A stretch of DNA of 64,000 bases. Origin: an uncultured Nitrososphaerota archaeon. Its GTDB lineage: Archaea > Thermoproteota > Nitrososphaeria > Nitrososphaerales > Nitrosopumilaceae. Below the pieces are notes generated by a model that worked only from the letters and a program-made list of their open reading frames with translations, was not told the DNA's origin and did not search any database. The stretch covers positions 160,001-224,000 of the forward strand of contig CAWGPD010000002.1 of the NCBI GenBank assembly GCA_963824385.1, given 5' to 3'. This document shows positions 8,715 through 20,519 of the stretch, piece by piece (position 1 is the first letter of the stretch; every line of letters starts with the position of its first letter). Position numbers and translations under genes: made by a program.

Positions 8715-10415
8715 ATGTCTATTCAATCTTCTTCTGGCGGTATACCAGTTGTTATTCTAAAGGACGGTGCTCAACAAACCAAGGGTCGTGACGCTCAGAA
8801 AAACAATATTGCTGCAGCAAAACTGATTGCTGAGATTGTTCATTCAAGTCTTGGTCCACGAGGAATGGATAAAATGCTTGTTGATTCCTTAGGTGATGTT
8901 ACAATTACAAATGACGGTGCTACTATTCTAAAAGAAATTGATGTTCAACACCCAGCTGCAAAAATGCTTGTTGAGATCTCAAAAGCAACTGATAATGAAG
9001 TGGGTGACGGAACAACTTCTGCTGTAGTTCTTGCAGGTGCATTATTAGAAAATGCCGAGTCTTTAATTTTACAAGATGTACATCCAACAATTGTCGTTGA
9101 TGGTTATAGAAAAGCTGCCCAAAAAGCAGTGGAACTATTAGAAAAAATTGCCGATAAAGTATCTCCAACTGATAAAGACGTACTTGAAAGAATCGCAAGA
9201 ACATCAATGCAGACAAAACTTGTCAGAAGAGATTCTGCAAACTTGGCTGATATGATTGTAAAATCTGTACTTGCAGTTGCTGAGAAAAAAGGTGATGGTT
9301 ATCTAATCGATATTGATGATATTAAAGTAGAAAAGAAAGCTGGCGGTTCTATCAAGGACTCTTCTCTTACCAAAGGAATTATCCTTGACAAGGAAGTCGT
9401 TCACAGTGGAATGCCAAAGAAAATTGACAATGCAAAGATTGCACTAGTCAATAACGCACTAGAAATAGACAAAACCGAGTTTGATGCCAAGATAAACATT
9501 ACAAATCCACAACAGATGAAATCATTTCTTGATGAAGAGCAAAGAATGATCAAAAACATGGTAGACAAGGTAATTGCTTCAGGTGCAAATGTTCTATTCT
9601 GCCAGAAAGGAATTGATGACATGGCACAGCATTATCTTGCAAAAGCAGGAATACTTACAGTAAGAAGAATAAAAGAAAGTGATATGACAAAACTTGCAAA
9701 AGCAACAGGAGCTAGATTGATAAGCAATCTTGATGATTTATTTGAAAAAGATCTTGGTTCTGCTGAAATAGTAGAAGAAAGAAAAGTAGAAACCGATAAA
9801 TGGACTTTCGTTGAAGGCTGTAAACATCCAAAAGCAGTTACTCTTCTCCTAAGAGGCGGTTCTCAACGAGTAGTTGATGAAGTAGAAAGGTCAGTTCATG
9901 ATGCATTAATGGTTGTAAAAGATGTAATGGAAAAACCATTCATAGTAGCAGGTGGAGGAGCTCCAGAGACTTATGCTGCAACAAAATTGCGTGAATGGGC
10001 AAAAACACTAGAAGGTAGAGAACAACTTGCGGTAGAAAAATTTGCAGATTCTTTAGAAGTAATTCCAATTACACTTGCTGAAAACGCTGGAATGGATCCA
10101 ATTGATACATTGGCATCATTACGATCAAAACAACTCAAAGGAAACAAATGGACAGGTATTGATGTTATGAAAGGTCAAGTTGCAAGTATGCATGCCAGCG
10201 ATATCTTTGAACCATTATCTGTCAAGATCCAAATTATTACATGTGCAACTGAAGCTGCATCAATGATATTAAGAATCGATGATGTTATTGCCACTGCAAA
10301 ATCTGCAGGACCACCGCCAGGAGCTGAAGGAATGGGAGGCATGGGCGGAATGGGTGGTATGGGAGGCATGGGCGGAATGGGTGGTATGGGAGGCATGCCA
10401 CCAATGGATATGTAA
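8715..10415 (+). CDS. Thermosome (group II chaperonin) subunit with GGM tail
   Basis: [25 protein letters not shown]-terminal (GGM)n. Confidence 0.97.
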   Translation: MSIQSSSGGIPVVILKDGAQQTKGRDAQKNNIAAAKLIAEIVHSSLGPRGMDKMLVDSLGDVTITNDGATILKEIDVQHPAAKMLVEISKATDNEVGDGTTSAVVLAGALLENAESLILQDVHPTIVVDGYRKAAQKAVELLEKIADKVSPTDKDVLERIARTSMQTKLVRRDSANLADMIVKSVLAVAEKKGDGYLIDIDDIKVEKKAGGSIKDSSLTKGIILDKEVVHSGMPKKIDNAKIALVNNALEIDKTEFDAKINITNPQQMKSFLDEEQRMIKNMVDKVIASGANVLFCQKGIDDMAQHYLAKAGILTVRRIKESDMTKLAKATGARLISNLDDLFEKDLGSAEIVEERKVETDKWTFVEGCKHPKAVTLLLRGGSQRVVDEVERSVHDALMVVKDVMEKPFIVAGGGAPETYAATKLREWAKTLEGREQLAVEKFADSLEVIPITLAENAGMDPIDTLASLRSKQLKGNKWTGIDVMKGQVASMHASDIFEPLSVKIQIITCATEAASMILRIDDVIATAKSAGPPPGAEGMGGMGGMGGMGGMGGMGGMGGMPPMDM

Positions 10416-10448
10416 TTAAAAAAGCCCACATTTCTCTCAAAGGTTTAT

Positions 10449-10751
10449 TTGACTATTCTAAATAGGAATTCTATGCAGTTAGGTGGAACTAAAATTCTAG
10501 CCGGTGCAAAATTTATCTATCTAATAGCATTCTTTGCACTGCTTTCTGGAGCGTTTTATCCTATAATCACTCATAGCAGCTGGGATATTGTAATTCTAGG
10601 AACTTTAATTCTCTTTGTAGGTCTTGCAGGAACTGTTTCTATCTATAAAGCAGCTACTGCTGAAAGGCACAAGAAAGCCTATCTCATTATAGGTTTGGTC
10701 ATAACTTCACTTGCATTGTTCCTTGTGTATGGTGCAATAGGAAGAGGCTAG
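10449..10751 (+). CDS. Small membrane protein (3 TM); start possibly 10473
   Basis: Three hydrophobic stretches. Confidence 0.7.
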   Translation: MTILNRNSMQLGGTKILAGAKFIYLIAFFALLSGAFYPIITHSSWDIVILGTLILFVGLAGTVSIYKAATAERHKKAYLIIGLVITSLALFLVYGAIGRG

Positions 10752-12208
10752 ATATCAAAATAAAGATAGAATTCATGTGGATGAGGTCTTATTGAAACCT
10801 CATGGTCATCTGCTCTTTCTACCTCAATTAATTTATCAAGTGTTTCATTTGAGAAAATTGGTGATAAGAATTTTTTATCACTCTCTAATTCATCAAGTGC
10901 TTCTCCCAAAGTTGCAGGTAAATCTCTTATTCCTTTTGCAATTCGCTGGGCCTTAGTCATCTTGTAAATATCTTCATAAACTGGATCTCCAGGATCCATC
11001 TTCTTTTTGATACCATCTAATCCTGCTGCTTGAACTGCTGCAAATACTAGATATGGATTAGATGAAGGATCAGGAGCTCTGAATTCAATTCTCTTAATCT
11101 TGGCATACTTTTCTCCTCTAAAGTGAGAAGGAATTCTAATTATTGCAGATCTATTACTTGCACTCCATGCAATATACACTGGTGCTTCATAACCTGGGAC
11201 TAATCTGTGATAAGAGTTTGTTGTAGGTGCAACAATTGCAGACAATGCTCTTGCATGATTCATAATTCCTCCGCAATAGTATCTTGCTAACTGACTAACT
11301 TCTTCTTTGTCATCTTTATCAAAGAACATATTCTTGTCACCTTTCCACAAGCTAACATTAGTGTGCATTCCAGAACCTGCATCCATTGAGATTGGTTTTG
11401 GCATCATGGTTGCAACTTTATCATATTTTTTGGCAATGTTTCTAATAACATACTTGTAAGTCTGAGCACCATCTGCAGAATTAGTTAGAGTATCATATCT
11501 GATATCGATCTCACATTGTCCGGCAGTAGCTACTTCATGATGATGATTATCACATAAAATTCCGAAATATTCATTCAAGCACTCGACACAATCGTTTCTA
11601 AATTCTGTTAATGTATCAGCAGGAGTACTTGGATAGTATCCTTTCTTTAACGCCATTGGATATCCCTTCCCATCTTGACTCCATGGTGCCTCTTTGGATT
11701 CTATTGAGTAAGACTGGCCCTTGTAAGGAGTAAGTACATCCCAATTAATTTTATCAAATACAAAAAATTCTACCTCTGGACCCCAGTAACTATTGTCAAA
11801 TCCTTGAGTTTGTAGGTATTTCTCAGTTTTTTGAGCAATGCCTCTTGGGTCAGATTCTAGCCTGCCTTTATTTCTGCTCTTGTACACATCACAAATCAAT
11901 CTAGCAGTCTTTGCATTTTCTAACCAAGGAATTAGTGCAAAAGTATTAGGATCTGGTTTTAAGACCATATCCGAGTCTTCTATTGATGCAAATCCTACAA
12001 TTGAAGAACCATCTAATTTTGGAAGTCCATCTTGCATCTGTTGAGGGGTAAATAGATTTGAAGAAATTGTAGTGTGATGGAATCTGCCTCTAAGACCTGT
12101 AAATTGTAAATCGATGAATTTTATCTGATCATGCTTTATTTTTGAGAAAACATCTTCCGAAGTATAAGAAACTGGTACTGGTTCTCCACCAATCACTTTA
12201 TATGGCAA
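10748..12208 (-). CDS. glnA: Glutamine synthetase type I (start probably TTG at 12208)
   Basis: DGSSI.GF, GPEVEFF, HHHEVATAGQCEI, GSGMH, RLVPGYEAP, RIEFRAPDP. Confidence 0.97.
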   Translation of the reverse strand: MPYKVIGGEPVPVSYTSEDVFSKIKHDQIKFIDLQFTGLRGRFHHTTISSNLFTPQQMQDGLPKLDGSSIVGFASIEDSDMVLKPDPNTFALIPWLENAKTARLICDVYKSRNKGRLESDPRGIAQKTEKYLQTQGFDNSYWGPEVEFFVFDKINWDVLTPYKGQSYSIESKEAPWSQDGKGYPMALKKGYYPSTPADTLTEFRNDCVECLNEYFGILCDNHHHEVATAGQCEIDIRYDTLTNSADGAQTYKYVIRNIAKKYDKVATMMPKPISMDAGSGMHTNVSLWKGDKNMFFDKDDKEEVSQLARYYCGGIMNHARALSAIVAPTTNSYHRLVPGYEAPVYIAWSASNRSAIIRIPSHFRGEKYAKIKRIEFRAPDPSSNPYLVFAAVQAAGLDGIKKKMDPGDPVYEDIYKMTKAQRIAKGIRDLPATLGEALDELESDKKFLSPIFSNETLDKLIEVERADDHEVSIRPHPHEFYLYFDI

Positions 12209-12252
12209 TTTTGCACCTTGATCATAACACAAAGGGGTCTATGATTTAAGTA

Positions 12253-12822
12253 TTGTTGGATATGGAAATGTCAGAAATAAAAATCGATGTAAATTCATTG
12301 TATGCAATTCTTCTTAGAGAAGTAGAAAACGATTCAGTTCAGGAGGTAGATCCTAATCTATATCATAATATTGCAGAATTTCTTGGTAACTTGAAAAATC
12401 ATGATTATGATGGAATAGAATCAAAGATTACTGAATCATTAGTTAAAATGATAACAGAAATGACTTCGATTCTTTTGAAGATAAGAATTGAAAAGGTAAC
12501 ATCTCTGGATGAAATTGATTATTCAAATTTGCTTGATGAAGAGAGATTTATTTTAGATTCTGAAGATGAACTCAGACAAAGAAAGGATACTATTCTTTCT
12601 GCAACACTCAATGGAAGATTAAAGCTTCTTGAGACAGTAGGACAAAATCACAGAGCAAGATCAATTGTAATTCGATTTCTCAAACCAATAGATCAGATAA
12701 TGGGTACAGACTTGCAGACATACGGACCATTTGAATCAGAAGATGTTGCAACTTTACCATTTGAGAATGCACGCTCATTGATTGAAAAAAAAGTGGCAGT
12801 AAAGGTAAGCTGGGAAGACTAG
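12253..12822 (+). CDS. GINS complex subunit (A-B domain order, Gins51-like)
   Basis: Helical N-domain (LKIRIEK, LLDEERFI) and C-terminal B-domain YGPFESEDVATLPFENARSLI. Confidence 0.8.
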   Translation: MLDMEMSEIKIDVNSLYAILLREVENDSVQEVDPNLYHNIAEFLGNLKNHDYDGIESKITESLVKMITEMTSILLKIRIEKVTSLDEIDYSNLLDEERFILDSEDELRQRKDTILSATLNGRLKLLETVGQNHRARSIVIRFLKPIDQIMGTDLQTYGPFESEDVATLPFENARSLIEKKVAVKVSWED

Positions 12823-12852
12823 AAATTAGACAACCTTCTATTGTGATATATC

Positions 12853-13128
12853 ATGCATAACGGAATAGACCTCGACGTATACTTTTTAATTATATTGTAT
12901 CCTATTGCTGGATTATTTATTGTAGAAATGATCTGGAGGGGAATCAAGATCATCCCAAACTGGATAAAACTCTTAACCCAGGCAGTGATGTGCGTGGGTT
13001 TTGGAATAGCATATCTTATAATGACTGTTGCTCATTGGCTAACAGCTGGGGTATTACTTGCCTTGGCATTTGCTCTATTTTATCAGGCAAAACTTTCAAA
13101 ACTTAATCCTAAGAAGGCAATGTATTAA
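12853..13128 (+). CDS. Small membrane protein
   Basis: 91 aa, three hydrophobic helices. Confidence 0.7.
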   Translation: MHNGIDLDVYFLIILYPIAGLFIVEMIWRGIKIIPNWIKLLTQAVMCVGFGIAYLIMTVAHWLTAGVLLALAFALFYQAKLSKLNPKKAMY

Positions 13129-13349
13129 CTAAATTTGCCAAAAATTCGCTTAATGAAACTCTGTCTGCCAATTCCTTTTGTTCTCTGAATCTTTTTTTCT
13201 CCAAATTTCTTTGCTCTTATTTGGAACAACTTTACACATCTGTGATCTTCTGGTAGCCTATGTTCTGCACAAAACTTGTCTTTACAATAATTGCATTCAA
13301 ACGGCAAATCTTGTTTTTTCCCACAATAGGCGCAGTCAATTAATTCCAT
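13125..13349 (-). CDS. AN1-type zinc finger protein
   Basis: CAYC...PFECNYCKDKFCAEHRLPEDHRC. Confidence 0.9.
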   Translation of the reverse strand: MELIDCAYCGKKQDLPFECNYCKDKFCAEHRLPEDHRCVKLFQIRAKKFGEKKIQRTKGIGRQSFIKRIFGKFS

Positions 13350-13465
13350 GATTATAACTAATTAGGATACTAAATTAGTGTTCGTAAGAAAAATTACTTT
13401 CATTATAGATATCAATTAACAAAACTTATTTACGCAAGACAGCATGATGAAAAATAGTTTTCAAT

Positions 13466-14206
13466 ATGATAAAAGGTCATGTAGCTGTGATAACGGGTGC
13501 TAGTAGCGGAATAGGATATGCTACTGCTCTTGCTATAGCAAAAGCTGGTGCAAAAGTTGTAGTTGGCGCCAGAAGAACTGAGAAATTAGAACAACTCAAA
13601 AAAGATATTGAGAAAATTGGAGGAGAATGCATTACAGTTTCATGTGATGTAACAAAACGCGCTGATTGTGAAAATTTGATTAATACTGCTATAAAAAAAT
13701 GGAACAAGGTGGACATTCTAGTAAATAATGCGGGACTAATGCCTCTAAGTTTTGTTAAGAATCTCAAAGTAGATGAATGGGACCAAATGATTGATGTAAA
13801 CATCAAAGGGGTAATGTACTGCACCTCATCTGCAATCCCTCACATGATCAAGCAGAACTCTGGTCATATTGTAAACATTTCATCTATTGCCGGAAGAGTA
13901 GTTTTTCCTGCAGGTAGTGTTTATTGTGCAACTAAATTTGCAGTATGGGCTTTTAGCGAAGGACTCCGACAAGAACTATCTGTTAGAAACAACATTCGAG
14001 TTACAACAATAGAGCCAGGAATAGTAAATACTGAACTTACAAACACCATTACTGACAAATCTCTAGAATCTTTTGTGACACACTCAAAAACAATTCAATC
14101 TCTAAAAGCTGAAGATATTGCAAATTCTATAATGTTTGCACTTGAATCTCCTCCTCACATGAATGTAAATGAAATTGCCATTAGACCTACTACACAAGAA
14201 AAGTAG
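13466..14206 (+). CDS. SDR family oxidoreductase (YdfG-like)
   Basis: TGASSGIG, NNAG, YCATK, NVNEIAIRP. Confidence 0.92.
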   Translation: MIKGHVAVITGASSGIGYATALAIAKAGAKVVVGARRTEKLEQLKKDIEKIGGECITVSCDVTKRADCENLINTAIKKWNKVDILVNNAGLMPLSFVKNLKVDEWDQMIDVNIKGVMYCTSSAIPHMIKQNSGHIVNISSIAGRVVFPAGSVYCATKFAVWAFSEGLRQELSVRNNIRVTTIEPGIVNTELTNTITDKSLESFVTHSKTIQSLKAEDIANSIMFALESPPHMNVNEIAIRPTTQEK

Positions 14207-14221
14207 TTTTGATACATTGCC

Positions 14222-15365
14222 ATGAGACCAATTAATGTTGTAATTTTAGGGGGAGGCTTTGGAGGTCTTGCTGCAGCAAACGAATTACGAGAAAATATTC
14301 CTCAAGATGTACGAATTATAATAATTGATAAAAAAGACTGGTTCATGATGGATCTTGTTAAGCTTTGGATAATTAATGGTACAAGGGAATTTGAATTATC
14401 TAAAAGGCCATTAGAGAGTGTCACAAAGAAAGGTATCGAGTTTGTAAATGAAGATGTAATGAAGATAGATCCTGTTGGAAAATTCATCCGAACAAAATAT
14501 AGACAATTTCATTATGATTTCTTGATAATAGCACTAGGTGTTGAACTTGCACCAGAGAAAATTTCAGGTCTTAAAGAAAATAGTCTCATCCTTTATGATA
14601 TTAATGATGTTCCAAAAATTAGAGATACCATAAAACAAATGAAATCAGGCAAGATTGCAATTGCAATTACTGGCCTTCCATACAAGTGCCCTCCTGCTCC
14701 ATATGAGGCAGCTCTTTCTAATCAGGTCTGTTCTTGAAGAAACAGGAGCAAGTGATTCTATTACAATGGATTTTTACAGTCCAACACCAATTACACTTCC
14801 TGCAGGAGGACCACAGGTAAGCGAAGAAATATTTCAAATCCTAAAATCTAAAAATATAGAGTTTCATGGAAATCATAAAACCATGTCAGTTGAACCTAAT
14901 AAAATAAAATTTGAAAATTCTGAGACAAATTTTGATGTTTTAATTGCTGTTCCTCCCCATAAGGCTCCCTCAGTTGTAATAGAATCTGGCTTTGCAGAAG
15001 AAGGAAAGTTTGTAGCAGTGGATAAAACTTGCGAAACAAAATATGATCGTGTATACGCAATAGGAGATGTAAACCAAATAATGGTAACAGACAAAATTGC
15101 AGTGCCAAAAGCAGGAATTTTTGCTGAAGCAGAAGGAGTAACAGTTGCAAGAAACATCATTTCACAAATACAAAATGAACTGGAACATGCAATCTTTGAT
15201 GGAAAGGGAGGATGCTTTTTGGAAACTGCACAGGGAACTGCGGGATATATTCAAGTTGACATGTTTGCAACTCCAGATCCACTGACTCAATTACAATCTT
15301 CATCTGCAGAACACTTTTCAGAAAAAGAAAAGTTTGAACAAGAAAGACTGAAAAAATGGCTTTAG
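14222..15365 (+). CDS. Sulfide:quinone oxidoreductase-like FAD flavoprotein (one frameshift near 14715)
   Basis: GGGFGG, YKCPPAPYE, VYAIGD, PKAGIFA, GGCFLE split over ORFs 14222-14737 and 14655-15365. Confidence 0.8.
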
Positions 15366-15440
15366 GTTTCATGATGCAAAATTCTTTACTATAATTCAAT
15401 CCCACAATTTAATAATTTCAACAATAGCCAGCACGTTGAG

Positions 15441-15518
15441 GGGGCCGTAGTCTAGCTTGGTTATGATGCTAGCCTGGGGTGCTAGAGGTCGCCGGTTCAA
15501 GTCCGGCCGGCCCCACCA
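15441..15518 (+). tRNA. tRNA-Pro(GGG), CCA encoded
   Basis: Acceptor GGGGCCG/CGGCCCC-A-CCA, anticodon arm CTAGC-CT GGG GT-GCTAG, T arm GCCGG-TTCAAGT-CCGGC. Confidence 0.96.
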
Positions 15519-15613
15519 TGAGACAGATCATGAGATTTTGTCATTATTTACAATCTACTTGCTAATGCCAATTTGTCAAGCCATTTTTTGTAGAATTATA
15601 CTTGTAACTAGTC

Positions 15614-15922
15614 ATGGGAAAAAGAAAATTCACTATTGACCTTGGTGATGAGAAAATTGAGGTAGAAGGACATCAACACAAAAATGTTGCAATCAAATAT
15701 CTCATGAAGCGACGAAGATCTCTTCTTATGACAAGAGACAAAGAAAAGGTAGAGAAACTCTTTGAAGCTGTACCAAAAACAATTTCAATAGTGGGTGGTC
15801 ACCTGATTAAATCCTACAAGATAAACTGGGAAAGAGAAGGAACAACAGAATTTGAAGGTTCTAGATTTGTCTTTACCTTAACTGATCTACCTGACAAATC
15901 TGTACAAATAGTTGCAAATTGA
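15614..15922 (+). CDS. Conserved hypothetical protein
   Basis: 102 aa clean ORF with typical composition. Confidence 0.75.
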   Translation: MGKRKFTIDLGDEKIEVEGHQHKNVAIKYLMKRRRSLLMTRDKEKVEKLFEAVPKTISIVGGHLIKSYKINWEREGTTEFEGSRFVFTLTDLPDKSVQIVAN

Positions 15923-15958
15923 TTTCCCATCGACCTTTTTTAAAGTGAATATATTTTC

Positions 15959-17666
15959 TTACAAGGTAGATTTTATACCTGAATCATAACTTGGAAATCC
16001 CAATACATCTTGATACGCTTTTGGAATCATTTGTTTTGATTGCATCAAAAGATCACTTGCAGCTGAATCAAGAACATACGTAACAGCCCAATCTTCTTCA
16101 CTTCTAATTGACCTGCCAAAGCCTTGTAGTAACTTTGTTAATGTCTGAGACTTGTACCACAAGGGAAATTTTTGCATCTTGATTTTAGTTCGTTTCTCAC
16201 TTAGGTTAGGATATGGTACCTTTGCTATTATCTGAAACCTGGATAAATCATCTTTCAAATCAACTCCTTCCCACAACGATGATGACAACAACACTCCATC
16301 TTCATCAAAAGAGTGTTCTTGCAATATCTCGTCTTGAGTCATTCCATTCTCATTTCTACTGTGACAGATTCTAATTCGGCGCCTATTTTTCTCAGAAAGA
16401 TTATTTTTTATGTCGAAACATCTCTTCTCTGAAGAAGTAAGTATCAATCCTCTTTCATCAGCATGTTGTGACATGATATCATCGATTTTTTTTATGACAG
16501 CAAGTTCATCATCTTTACTTGCAGAATAACTCAGTTTTTTTGTATTAAGAAAATTAATTCTTCTTTTGTCTGGAGCAAAAGGAGATCTTGGAGTGTCTAC
16601 AAATCCAACCTTTGATGGTTCAAGTCCAGCATTTTCACAAAAACTAGCCTTGTCTATTGTAGCTGACATGAATATCTGATGCTCTATGTCAAAGAAAGTC
16701 TTGACATATTTTGAAATGTCTAGCGGTTTAATTGAAACTGACCTGAAATTTCCTCTTTCATCATTGAAGGGATCATTTACTACAAAATTATTCTTGTTTG
16801 AAAATATTTCTGCATGAGAATTTGCCATCTTTTCATATCTAGATTCTAACTTGGATAGTAAAACATAGTCAGGGTTTAGCATAAACGATCTGCTTTCTTG
16901 CAAATCAAGGATTTGTTTTGAGTATGATTTTGCCAAATCATCAAGTAGCTGTATTATCATGCCGATATCTCCAAGATCGTATGTTTTTACATCTATGCCA
17001 CACTCGGAAAGAAATCCATTATAGATATCAACTCCTATGAATTGAATTATCTGGTCTTCCACTTTATGAGCTTCATCAAAAATTGCTATTGGTTTTGAGA
17101 CATATTCTGCATAGGCTTTTCTGTTGAACTTCATCAGACTGAAAGTATGATGCATAATTCCAGATTGAATGGGGAGAAGTTAATGCGCGATATTTTTGTT
17201 CATAATAATGGCAAAATTGCTTGGTGATATCCTCTGGTTCTCCTAGCTTTGGCTTGAAACTACAAATTTCCTTGACTTTTTTTCCATTCTTCATTGTTGT
17301 TTCTTCACATAGACCCTTCTCACAAGTAAGACCCTTCTGAATTGCACTTTTTGTATCTGATGTATCCATTGATTCTTTGTCCATTAATTTTAGACAAGCA
17401 AAGTTTGATTTTCCCTTTACAGGCATTAGAAATTTCAGGTCTTTAGAATACTGATCTTGTAATTGTTTAGAAGCTGTAACTATGAATGAACTACCGTAAT
17501 ATCTTGCCAGGGTTGCAGCAATGAGTGATTTTCCAACTCCAGTTGGTGCTGACAGGACAATTGTCTTGAATCCTGACTTGAGTTGTTGTTCTATTCCTTG
17601 CAAGATCTCTTTTTGTATTTCTCTTGGTTTGAATTCCTCTGGAAAGTGTTCAAGAACTGTAGTCAT
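15959..17666 (-). CDS. DinG/XPD-like ATP-dependent helicase (frameshift near 17140)
   Basis: APTGVGKS, Cys cluster, DEAH, MSAT, WEGVD, QGFGRSIRSEED over two ORFs. Confidence 0.9.
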
Positions 17667-17786
17667 ATTAATTCAGGTTGCTAAAACATTGAAAGAACAA
17701 TACTTAATCGCTTGTTTTGACAAATTACCTAACAATTAGTAAAAACTTGGTCAGTTTGATTTATTATAATTTTATCTCACAAATAA

Positions 17787-18396
17787 TCATCCAATTTTAT
17801 TGAACTTTTGCTGACTCTTCCAGAGATACCAAGTTGTAATAGTTCTATATGGTCTCCACTTTTCACCCTAATTTTTCAACCTCTCTTGGTTTTGGAATTT
17901 CTGGCAAAGAAAATAGTATTTGAACTCCTTTTCTCAAACCAAGATCATCAACAGGAAAAACATCTTGTCTTCCCAAAGAAAAAATAAGAAACATCTCTGC
18001 TGTCCATCTTCCTATTCCCTTGACCTGAGTTAGATGAGTAATTACATCCTCATCACTCATTTTTGAAAGTGATTTCATGTTCAATTTTCCTTCTTCTACA
18101 TGTCTTGCTAAATCCTTTACATACTCAATCTTCATACCTGATAAACCAACTATGCGAAGCTTTGATTTTCTTGTAGAGAGAATTTCAGATGCTGTTGGAA
18201 ATTTTGGATATAGTTTTTTGAATCTCTTAAAAATTGCTTCTGCCGCATTAGTTGCAATCTGTTGAGAAATTATGGATTCTACAAGAGTAGAAAAATGGTG
18301 ATTTTTCCGCTTTAATTTGTAATTGCCAACATTATTGATAATGGAAGCTAATTGTGGATCCTTTTGAAGAAATTCTATTGCATCCTCAATTGTCAT
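17787..18396 (-). CDS. alkA: AlkA/HhH-GPD DNA-3-methyladenine glycosylase (frameshift near 17866)
   Basis: SIISQQI, LTQVKGIGRWTAEM, FPVDDLG; missing tail KWRPYRTITTWYLWKS continues in another frame to TGA at 17787. Confidence 0.88.
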
Positions 18397-18397
18397 A

Positions 18398-19756
18398 CTA
18401 GCTTGGCTCTGGATGTATAGTAACTATGGCATTTTTTATCTGATTTTTTATTTTGCCTTCTATCTCTGATACTATATCATGAACCTCCTCAATTGTAAGA
18501 TCTTTTTCAAACGAACAATCAATATCAATTTTGAATATATCCTGTAGATGTAATGTTATTACTCGACCAACTTTTTTTACTTTAGAATATTCTTTTATTA
18601 TATTGGTAACTTGCTCTTCTATTGTAATATCTTCAATGGGGATGCTATTTGGAATTGAAACATATGGTTCAAGATGAATAGTAATGTGATTTACATTTGC
18701 AACTGCTTTTTTTATTTGAGATTCTATTTCATCTGATACACCATGAGCATCTTCAAGCGACATGTTTCGATCAACCATTACATGCAAGCTTATGAAGATC
18801 CCATTCTCTGCAGAAAAAGAGTTTACATTATGAATTCCTTTTACTCCCTTTACTGAAGTTGAAACATTATTTATGATGTAATCTGCAGGTACATCTTTCC
18901 AAGTTGGCTTGAAGTTAATGGTTACATTAGAATTTGCAATGGCATTTTTGATATTTTTTTCCACATTGGCACTAATTTTATGCGCTTCTTCAAAACTAGA
19001 AGCAGCACTTAGTGATATTGTAATTTCTGTAAAGATATCTGTACCTGATCTGCGTATCTGAACAGACTCTGTCCTCATTACTCCAGACTGTGTTGTCTAC
19101 AATATCATGTACTCTTCTGACCATATTTGCAGGAACAGCATCTGTTAGTTCAAGGCCGCTCTTGTGAATTAGCTTCAAGCTCAATGCAGCAAGTAAAGCT
19201 CCTAGAATTAATGCAGCAATATAGTCTCCTTGATAAAATCCCATGATTACAAATACAATTCCAACCAATGCAACAGAAGTGGCACCCATGTCCATGAGAG
19301 CATGATAAAGGTCTACTCTAAGCGAAGAACCCTCTGTTTTCTCAAGACTCTTCTTAGAATTACTATCCTAAAGAAGATAGTTCCTAGGGTATAGGCTGCC
19401 GCTATGATTGCAAGAACTCCTGGCAAAACCTCTGGCTTTGGTTCCTGGAATCTTGATATTGACTCATAAATGAAAAACGATGAAATAATGAGAATTATGA
19501 TTCCTGCAACAAAACTTCCCATAGTCTCAATTTTTCCATGACCGTAAGTGTGCTCTCTATCTGGTGGTTTTGTTGACCATTTTGCAGCAACAAGCAAAAC
19601 CATAGTTACAATAGAATCTAGTATTGCATGAACACTATCTGTGATTAAAGCTAGACTATTGGAATAAACTCCAATCAAAAATTCTACTGCAAAAGCAGAA
19701 AGTATCACTGAAAGAGAAATCTTTAGTGCATTTGTCTTGATGTCTTGTAAGCTCAA
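18398..19756 (-). CDS. Cation diffusion facilitator transporter with three C-terminal dimerisation domains (two frameshifts)
   Basis: ALITDSVH, KPPDREHTYGHGKIE, repeated EEAH/EDAH/EEVH...IHxEP; three ORF pieces. Confidence 0.85.
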
Positions 19757-19785
19757 CTCTTGTCCAGCCCCAACATCTTTAAGAT

Positions 19786-20519
19786 TTAATCAAAATTCTC
19801 TCTTGACTGTTCATGCTTGTATTTTTTTAGAGGGTCTATCAATTTTTTCTTGTTTGGTATTTTTATGATATTTTTAACTATACTTGAAAGAGCAGAGCCT
19901 ATGAATATGGATTGAGTAGCTGATGTAACATTTGAAGTTCTTCTGTTTGTACTACCACTTTCAAAATCAATTATGCATGGAGATTTTCCTACAATAACAT
20001 GTTTGTGGATATAGTTCAATTCTCCATGATCAAGATGAATTGTATCCAAAGTATAGCAATCTTCTAGAACTTGTCTTACAACTGACTTGAGCTTTGCAGC
20101 ATTACCCCTACCCTTGAGCTCTCTGACCCAATCAGTTATTTTCTGACCCTCCAAGTATTCCATTATTATGAAATTCTTGCTACTGTCTACTAGCTTTGGA
20201 CCTACGTTTACTTTGTTTGCAAGCTTTAGAAGTTTTGCTTCGCTTTTCATCTCCGACCTGCTAGAATCTATTCTACGAATCTTCAGAGTACATCCTTCTT
20301 GTGCAATTTTGACAATACTACAACTCCCACGTAGCCTTTGCCCAAGACATGGATATTATTTAGAATCGTCTCACCTTGAAATGATACTGCTGTAACTCCA
20401 AGTTTTTTAAGCTCAGAATGCCTCTTTGTAAGCTCGCCCTTTGTTGCCTTTGGATATCCTAAGATGAGAGAATATGGTTCTCTGACAAGCTTACTTATTG
20501 GAACCAAAGATGAGTTCAT
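19786..20519 (-). CDS. RIO/Bud32-like Ser/Thr kinase (frameshift near 20290)
   Basis: LGKGYVGVV, (A)LKIRR, IIMEY, DHGEL, IIDFE. Confidence 0.85.

Noticed and set aside
10332..10397. GGM tandem repeat and antisense PPIPPM ORF
   Set aside because: Well-known chaperonin C-terminal tail; the antisense ORF is its shadow
15457..15639. 60-aa ORF
   Set aside because: Overlaps tRNA-Pro; spurious
15441..15960. tRNA-Pro as integration site of a mobile element
   Set aside because: No duplicated tRNA 3' end or integrase seen in the window
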